From an uncultured Alphaproteobacteria bacterium (GTDB taxonomy: Bacteria; Pseudomonadota; Alphaproteobacteria; Rs-D84), in the NCBI GenBank assembly GCA_944392565.1, contig CALXWX010000002.1, positions 117,853 through 181,852 on the forward strand: a stretch of DNA of 64,000 nucleotides, read 5' to 3'. Below are positions 57,837 to 64,000 of the stretch, in pieces. Below the pieces are notes generated by a model, which saw only the letters and a list, made by a program, of their open reading frames with translations, had not been told where the DNA came from and did not search any database. Position 1 is the stretch's first letter. Each line of letters starts with the position of its first letter. The position numbers were made by a program, and so were the translations under genes.

Positions 57837-58496
57837 TTATCCACGAAATCCAATCGCAACAATAAACATTTCAACACTTTCTTTGCGTGATGCCGGCGGT
57901 TTTATATGATGAACCGATTCGAATTTTTCGCGTATTTGTTTTAATAAATCGTTTGTTGTTCCACCTGTAAAAGATTTCGCAACAAATACCCCGCCTGGTT
58001 TTAATGCACGCACGGCAAAATCAAATGCATATTCCAACAACACCATCTGGCGAATATGGTCGGTCTTTTTATGTCCAACGGTATTCGGCGCCATATCAGA
58101 CAGCACGACATCAACCGTTCCATGCGATGCGCCATCGGGCGACAAGTTTAATTTCTGTTCCAGCCATTTTAACGCATCATCTGATGTAAAATCACCCTGG
58201 TAAAATTCCACACCCGGGATTGGCACAATTTCCAGCAAATCCATCGCAAACACGCGTGATTTTGGAAATGCGCGCATAACATATTGCGACCAAGACCCCG
58301 GCGCCGCCCCCAGATCGACAACCACCTGGCCATTTTTCAAGAATTTATATTTTTCATTTATCTCGATTAATTTATATGCCGCGCGCGCCCGATACCCATC
58401 ACGATGCGCACGCGCAACATACGGATCCGCCGCCTGGCGTTGAATCCACGCGGCTGATGATTTTTTCGATGAAATTTTCTTGTTCAAAATTTTCAT
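57837..58496 (-). CDS. rlmE: 23S rRNA (uridine2552-2'-O)-methyltransferase RlmE/FtsJ
   Basis: AAYKLIEI...VVDLGAAPGSWSQY and DVVLSDMAPN motifs. Confidence 0.94.
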   Translation of the reverse strand: MKILNKKISSKKSSAAWIQRQAADPYVARAHRDGYRARAAYKLIEINEKYKFLKNGQVVVDLGAAPGSWSQYVMRAFPKSRVFAMDLLEIVPIPGVEFYQGDFTSDDALKWLEQKLNLSPDGASHGTVDVVLSDMAPNTVGHKKTDHIRQMVLLEYAFDFAVRALKPGGVFVAKSFTGGTTNDLLKQIREKFESVHHIKPPASRKESVEMFIVAIGFRG

Positions 58497-58792
58497 TTCT
58501 GCCGTTTTGCTGATAATGCAGCCGCCCGAACATTACTACGCGTACTTTTATAAAACCTGATTGCACGATATAACGCCCGCCGCCGTCCGATTTTACCATG
58601 GCTATCAAATGTTGCGAACAATAACTTACAAACACCATGATGACGATATGTTACCTGCACCTCATACCCCAGCAAAATCCGTCCAACATCATTATATGTT
58701 ATGTACTTTGGTTGCGGCGCCAAAACATTCACCGGCGTCCAATCAAAAATATTACGCACCGCATTCCAATTAATTAAATTTTTCCAATTCAT
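58493..58792 (-). CDS. Hypothetical 99-aa basic protein, translationally coupled on both sides
   Basis: ATG 58792 lies 1 nt after the upstream stop. Its TGA overlaps the rlmE ATG (ATGA). No family recognised. The track reports it as part of the longer ORF 58493..58999. Confidence 0.55.
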   Translation of the reverse strand: MNWKNLINWNAVRNIFDWTPVNVLAPQPKYITYNDVGRILLGYEVQVTYRHHGVCKLLFATFDSHGKIGRRRALYRAIRFYKSTRSNVRAAALSAKRQK

Positions 58793-58793
58793 G

Positions 58794-59321
58794 TTATTTA
58801 TTCTCCATACCCGACTGCTGTTTTTGCAATTTTTCCATAACTGCTTCCATTCCCCCCATGCGTTGAACCATTGCCATTTGCTGACGCATTTTTGAATATT
58901 GCTTGATAATATGTTCAACATCACGCACAGTGCAACCTGCTGTTTCTGCAATACGCGCCTTGGCATTTGCAAAAATTTTTTCTGGCACCGCCCGCTCATC
59001 TGGGGTCATCGCTTCCAGTATTTTAATTTGTGCATCAACACTGCCATCTTTAATTTTTTCTTTCATTGCGGCAACTGCCCCTGACATTCCCGGCACCATT
59101 TTCAACAACCCACTAAAATTACTCATCTTTTTTATTTGTTTCAGTTGCGCCAACATGTCATTCATATCAAATTGTCCAGACATCATGCGCTGGGCGGTTT
59201 CTTTCATGCCACTGGGCATTTTCGCTTCCATTTTCTGCAATTCTTTTTCATCAATCTGCACATTGTCATCCAGATTTTCTGTGGCAGATTTTGCGGCTTT
59301 CTTTTTCCCAAATCCAAACAT
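58794..59321 (-). CDS. Stand-alone SRP54/Ffh M-domain-like protein (no NG domain)
   Basis: Aligns by eye to the E. coli Ffh C-terminus: [33 protein letters not shown] vs GFDLNDFLEQLRQMKNMGGMASLMGKLPGMG, and [12 protein letters not shown]...[27 protein letters not shown] vs MTMKERAKPEII...RIAAGSGMQVQDVNRLLKQFDDMQRMM. Own AAGGA SD. Upstream neighbour is uvrA. Confidence 0.8.
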   Translation of the reverse strand: MFGFGKKKAAKSATENLDDNVQIDEKELQKMEAKMPSGMKETAQRMMSGQFDMNDMLAQLKQIKKMSNFSGLLKMVPGMSGAVAAMKEKIKDGSVDAQIKILEAMTPDERAVPEKIFANAKARIAETAGCTVRDVEHIIKQYSKMRQQMAMVQRMGGMEAVMEKLQKQQSGMENK

Positions 59322-59347
59322 ATTTTTTCCTTTTTGCTGTGTGTTAA

Positions 59348-62215
59348 TTATTTAGAATTACTTTTCTTTTTTGGCACGTCCAAATATTTTTTCAAATATT
59401 TACCCGTCAGCGATTCTGGATTATCTGCGACCTGTTCTGGGGTACCGGTGGCAACAACGCGCCCACCGTTTGCGCCGCCCCCTGGTCCCAAATCAATAAT
59501 CCAATCGGCGGTTTTAATCACTTCCAGATTATGTTCAATAACAATTACTGTATTACCCTGATCAACCAGTTCATGCAATACAGATAATAACAATTTTATA
59601 TCTGCAAAATGCAGCCCTGTTGTCGGTTCATCCAGAATATATATCGTCTGCCCTGTACTGCGTGCCGCCAATTCCTTGGACAATTTTATACGCTGTGCCT
59701 CGCCCCCGGACAAATCCAACGAACTCTGCCCCAGTTTGATATAATCCAATCCAACCCGCTTTAATAATTCCAGCTTGCGCGCGATCTGCGGCACATTTGT
59801 AAAGAACCGATATGCTTCTTCGACCGTCATATTTAATACATCAGCGATAGATTTTCCCTTGTACTTTACCGCCAGTGTTTCATCATTATACCGCGCACCG
59901 TGACATTTATCACATTCGACATACACATCCGCCAAGAAATTCATTTCAATTTTTATCTGACCATCACCTTGGCATGCCTCGCATCGACCACCCTTGACAT
60001 TAAACGAGAAACGCCCCGGTCCATACCCGCGCGCCTTGGCTTCTGGCAGACCGGCAAAGAAATCACGAATATTTGAAAACACACCGGTATATGTTGCTGG
60101 ATTGCTGCGCGGACTGCGCCCGATTGGCGATTGATCGATATCAACCACCTTGTCCACATGTTCCATACCACGGATGATATCGTGCGCCCCCATTTCAATT
60201 TTTGAATTATACAGCGCACGCATCAACGCCGGATATAATGTATCCAGCAATAATGTTGATTTACCAGACCCAGACACCCCGGTTAGCGCAACAAATTTAC
60301 CCAACGGAAAATCAACATTTATATTTTTCAGGTTGTTTTCACGCGCCCCCTGGACAGAGATCACATGCCCATTTCCACGGCGGCGTGTTTTTGGTACCTC
60401 TATCCGCCGCTTGCCCGATAAATATTGTCCAGTCAATGAATCTTTGTTTTTTATAACCTGGGCGGGGGTTCCTGCGGCAACAACACGCCCACCATTTATC
60501 CCGGCACCCGGTCCGATATCCACCAGATAATCTGCGGCACGCATTGCATCTTCATCGTGTTCAACAACGATAACTGAATTATCCTTGTCGCGCAGCATCT
60601 TTAATGTATCCAATAATTTATCATTATCGCTTTGGTGCAATCCAATTGACGGTTCGTCCAACACATACAACACCCCAGACAACCCGCTGCCAATTTGCGA
60701 CGCCAATCTGATTCGTTGCGCTTCGCCCCCCGACAGCGTTCCCGCCATACGCGACAATGTTAAATATCCCAATCCCACATTTTGCAAGAAATGCAACCGA
60801 CTGGTAATTTCACGCAAGATAACCCGCGCAATATCATTTTCTTTTTGCGTCAAATGATTGGGCAAATCCGTAAACCAGCGCAACGATTGATCCACCGCCA
60901 TATCGCACGCATCCATAATATCCAGTCCATAAATCTTTACACATAATGCCTGGATATTTAACCGTTTACCATGACACATTGGACACGGTTTTTCTGATTG
61001 ATATTTTGCCAGTTCTGCACGCACAGCTTCGGAATCCGATTCGCGCCAGCGGCGTTCGATATTCGGTATAACACCTTCGTATGGTTTTTCATACACAAAA
61101 CCATTCCAGTTAATTTTTATCGGATCGTCCCCACTGCCATACAAAATAATATCTTTCTGTTGCTGGGTCAGTGTATGCCACGGCTTTGACAATGGTATTT
61201 TATATTTCTTGTGCAATGCATCCAGCAAATGATCAAATTGACTTAACATCCCACCACGCGACCATGGTGCAATTGCGCCATCCAATATAGATTTTGACGG
61301 ATCTGGCACAACCAAATCTGGCGACATATTTAATTGCACACCCAAACCATCACACGATGGACACGCCCCCATCGGCGCATTAAAAGAAAACAAACGCGGT
61401 TCAATCTTTGGCACGGTAAATCCACTGACCGGACATGCATAGTTCTGTGAATATAATATATCTTCGTTTGTATCCAGCCGCCGCACCAAAACCGACCCCG
61501 GCACCAAACGCAACGCCCCTTCGAAAGACGAATACATTCGCGACCGGAATTCATCCACATCAGATTCAGCCGCCCCCAACGCCGGCATCTGCAAACGATC
61601 AACAATTACAAATATTGTATGCTTTTTGTTTTTATCCAACGGCGGCACCGCAGATAAATCGTACAGTTCGCCATCAATTATCGCACGCTGATACCCCTGC
61701 TTTACCAAGAATGCAATTTCTTTTTTATATTCACCCTTGCGTTCACGAACCAGCGGCGCCATAATAAAAATCTTTACGCCCGCCGGAATTTTCATGGTCC
61801 AATCGACCATTTCACCAATTGTCTGGGATTTAATTGGCAACCCCGTGACCGGCGAATGCGGCACCCCAACACGCGCCCACAACAATCGCAAATAATCATA
61901 AATTTCGGTAACCGTTCCAACCGTAGAACGCGGATTTTTCGATGTTGTTTTTTGTTCAATGGAAATTGCGGGCGCCAATCCTTCGATTAAATCGACATCT
62001 GGTTTTTTCTGCATATCCAAGAATTGCCGCGCATACGATGATAACGATTCGACATAACGCCGCTGACCTTCGGCATAAATGGTATTAAACGCCAACGATG
62101 ACTTTCCAGACCCAGATACACCAGTCAAGACCACCAATTTATTTTTTGGTATGTCCAAATCAATATTTTTAAGATTGTTTTCGCGCGCCCCGCGAATTTT
62201 TATTACCCCAGCCAT
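59348..62215 (-). CDS. uvrA: Excinuclease ABC subunit A
   Basis: 955 aa. Two ABC modules ([10 protein letters not shown] / [10 protein letters not shown]) and zinc-finger Cys clusters. Confidence 0.97.
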   Translation of the reverse strand: MAGVIKIRGARENNLKNIDLDIPKNKLVVLTGVSGSGKSSLAFNTIYAEGQRRYVESLSSYARQFLDMQKKPDVDLIEGLAPAISIEQKTTSKNPRSTVGTVTEIYDYLRLLWARVGVPHSPVTGLPIKSQTIGEMVDWTMKIPAGVKIFIMAPLVRERKGEYKKEIAFLVKQGYQRAIIDGELYDLSAVPPLDKNKKHTIFVIVDRLQMPALGAAESDVDEFRSRMYSSFEGALRLVPGSVLVRRLDTNEDILYSQNYACPVSGFTVPKIEPRLFSFNAPMGACPSCDGLGVQLNMSPDLVVPDPSKSILDGAIAPWSRGGMLSQFDHLLDALHKKYKIPLSKPWHTLTQQQKDIILYGSGDDPIKINWNGFVYEKPYEGVIPNIERRWRESDSEAVRAELAKYQSEKPCPMCHGKRLNIQALCVKIYGLDIMDACDMAVDQSLRWFTDLPNHLTQKENDIARVILREITSRLHFLQNVGLGYLTLSRMAGTLSGGEAQRIRLASQIGSGLSGVLYVLDEPSIGLHQSDNDKLLDTLKMLRDKDNSVIVVEHDEDAMRAADYLVDIGPGAGINGGRVVAAGTPAQVIKNKDSLTGQYLSGKRRIEVPKTRRRGNGHVISVQGARENNLKNINVDFPLGKFVALTGVSGSGKSTLLLDTLYPALMRALYNSKIEMGAHDIIRGMEHVDKVVDIDQSPIGRSPRSNPATYTGVFSNIRDFFAGLPEAKARGYGPGRFSFNVKGGRCEACQGDGQIKIEMNFLADVYVECDKCHGARYNDETLAVKYKGKSIADVLNMTVEEAYRFFTNVPQIARKLELLKRVGLDYIKLGQSSLDLSGGEAQRIKLSKELAARSTGQTIYILDEPTTGLHFADIKLLLSVLHELVDQGNTVIVIEHNLEVIKTADWIIDLGPGGGANGGRVVATGTPEQVADNPESLTGKYLKKYLDVPKKKSNSK

Positions 62216-62297
62216 AATAATTATTATATAGATTATATATTGTGCTTTTCAATATTCAGAGCGAAAGAAATTTTCGCCCCAAATAAAAATATAAAAT

Positions 62298-63158
62298 TTA
62301 TTCTGCACCAGCCGTTGATAATTCCGGCATTAACTTTTCCGGGGACAATGAAATTCCCGATACACGAACATGGTCCGCACCTTGCTTTGGCGCCAGCTTT
62401 CCGTTTACCCATACATCAACACCACCAGCATTACCAAATATCGCCGTATATTCATCACCCGATGGGACATAATACACGTCGCCCGGCACCAAGACACGAC
62501 TGAATGCCGTATTACCGCGTGCATCTTCGACCTTTACCCATGATTCTTGCGTTGCCTGTAATATTACATCTGCGTTTTCTGCATTTTCCGTGCCAAACCG
62601 TTCACGAACATCAACATTATACTCTGGTTCCATAACAGATGCCGCTGGCGCAACAGTTTCAACCGATTGCACATTCGATGAATCGGATTCATGATTCAAA
62701 TTTAATGCGACCAATGTACCAACAATCGCCAAAACCAAAACACACCCGGCAACAAACCATATCCAATTACGGCGTATAAATTTTAACGAACGCCCCCATA
62801 AACCACGATACCATTTTTCTTTGTCCGCCACTGTACAAGATTGTGCATCAGACGCATCATCTGTTCCGCATTCTGCCACCAATCCCATTTCGCGCTTTAA
62901 TTTATTAACAATTTCATCCGGATCCAGCCCCAGTTCCATTGCATAATTGCGCGCAAATCCCAATATATAAACATTTTCCGGGATTACATTGTAATTACCA
63001 TCTTCCAGTGCCTGCAAAAATTCTTCACGAATACATAATTGCTTTGAAATTGTTGGGATTTCACGCTTGCGCCGACCTGTGGTGCGGGCATTGCGCAAAA
63101 TTTCACCAACCGTCATTTCTGAATGCACATCTGTATTTATATTTTCGTTTTCCGTCAT
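62298..63158 (-). CDS. rodZ: RodZ-like cytoskeleton protein (XRE HTH, TM, DUF4115)
   Basis: TVGEILRNAR...ISKQLCIREEFLQALEDGNY, a single TM, and a C-terminal beta-rich domain. Confidence 0.85.
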   Translation of the reverse strand: MTENENINTDVHSEMTVGEILRNARTTGRRKREIPTISKQLCIREEFLQALEDGNYNVIPENVYILGFARNYAMELGLDPDEIVNKLKREMGLVAECGTDDASDAQSCTVADKEKWYRGLWGRSLKFIRRNWIWFVAGCVLVLAIVGTLVALNLNHESDSSNVQSVETVAPAASVMEPEYNVDVRERFGTENAENADVILQATQESWVKVEDARGNTAFSRVLVPGDVYYVPSGDEYTAIFGNAGGVDVWVNGKLAPKQGADHVRVSGISLSPEKLMPELSTAGAE

Positions 63159-63193
63159 ATTATATTCCTTAAATTGTCATATAATCATAGAAT

Positions 63194-64000
63194 CTATATA
63201 TCCAATTCGCAACACCAAAATTTACAAATTTCGTTCTTTAATTCCGCCACCGATGAAATTTGATTTACCCGAATTCTGAAATCTGCTGAATTTGACATTC
63301 CCGCAGAATACCATGCCACATGCTTGCGAAACATTGGTATGGCATTTCTTTCACCATAATATTCCAACATATATTCCAAATGCCGCAATACAATTTCACC
63401 AACATTTTTTGGCGCACTGCATTGACCAGTTAATTCACCAAAAATCCATGGGCGCCCCAGCATCGCCCGCCCAATCATCGCGCCACAATAGCCCAGATTT
63501 AAAACATTCTGTACATCTGCAACATCTGTTATATCACCATTACCAATAATTGGAATCGGCGAATTTTCCAACATTGGCAACACAGATTTTCCCGTATACA
63601 ATTGCGCCCGCGTGCGTCCATGTAATGCGGCAAACTGTACCCCGCAATCAGACGCAATACGAATTAAATCCGACCAATCACGGTGCGCATCATCCCATCC
63701 CAACCGCGTTTTTATTGATACCGGAATCTGAACCGCACGCACAACCGCACGCATAATTTTTTCCGCCAATCCGTGGTCGCGCATCATATTTGCCCCCGCC
63801 CCACTGCGCGTTGCAACCTTTGGCACCGGACACCCCATATTAATATCAATCCAAGACGCACCCGCGTCTTGCAAAATACGCGCCGCATCCGCCATCAAAT
63901 CAGCATCCGCACCAAAAATTTGCGCGCCAATATTTCCTTCATCGTCATATCTGTCAAAATTACGCAAGCAATTTTTATGCGCGCCAACCAACGAATGACA
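63194..64000 (-). CDS. dusB: tRNA-dihydrouridine synthase (DusB/NifR3 type), N-terminus beyond window
   Basis: IDINMGCPVPKV...IPVSIKTRLGWD...HGRTR...GNGDI motifs. The ORF is open to the window edge. Confidence 0.9.
   Translation of the reverse strand, partial: CHSLVGAHKNCLRNFDRYDDEGNIGAQIFGADADLMADAARILQDAGASWIDINMGCPVPKVATRSGAGANMMRDHGLAEKIMRAVVRAVQIPVSIKTRLGWDDAHRDWSDLIRIASDCGVQFAALHGRTRAQLYTGKSVLPMLENSPIPIIGNGDITDVADVQNVLNLGYCGAMIGRAMLGRPWIFGELTGQCSAPKNVGEIVLRHLEYMLEYYGERNAIPMFRKHVAWYSAGMSNSADFRIRVNQISSVAELKNEICKFWCCELDI

Noticed and set aside
58793-58999. Upstream part of the 168-aa ORF 58493..58999(-)
   Set aside because: This part overlaps the Ffh M-domain gene in another frame. Only the distal 99 codons from ATG 58792, which fit exactly between the two neighbouring genes, are kept as a tentative CDS.

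Overview
A 64-kb chromosomal segment from a compact, moderately AT-rich alphaproteobacterium. The lineage call rests on GcrA, the ruvB-ybgC-tolQRA order, a LmdC-like M23 peptidase next to a bactofilin, and a Rick_17kDa-type glycine-zipper lipoprotein. It may be host-associated, but the exact lineage cannot be fixed from this window. I count about 60 protein genes, tightly packed with many 1-14 nt overlaps, and 5 tRNAs. I saw no rRNA, CRISPR array, transposase, integrase or reverse transcriptase. The backbone is housekeeping: dnaE, rsmH, ruvB, tolQRA, argS, rplM-rpsI, tig, rpsA, adk, corA, acpS, gcrA, lpxA/B, rpiB, leuS, tlyA, mscL, aroK, prfA, hisS, tkt, rnhA, rlmE, uvrA, rodZ, dusB. Several things are not ordinary. 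(1) A structured leader-like RNA occurs twice (4980-5135 and 40910-41128), with four covarying helices and an intrinsic terminator; I cannot assign it to any RNA family I know. (2) A block of signal-peptide and Cys-rich proteins with no recognisable domains includes a translationally coupled four-gene operon behind a CpaA-type prepilin peptidase (26035-30848), a 903-aa protein (32235-34946), and two paralogs flanking leuS. (3) A perfect 17-bp inverted repeat brackets a near-consensus promoter in front of one paralog plus two glycosyltransferases, which makes it an inverton candidate. (4) Two homopolymer tracts sit in suggestive places: A8 at the start of an XRE gene and G8 inside a surface-protein gene. 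(5) A stand-alone, divergent Ffh M-domain gene has no NG domain next to it. (6) A roughly 1-kb ORF-less stretch is A/C-rich and G-poor and carries repeated words. (7) A 63-bp duplication includes the tRNA-Pro 3' end. All calls come from reading the sequence and the ORF track; no database search was run.
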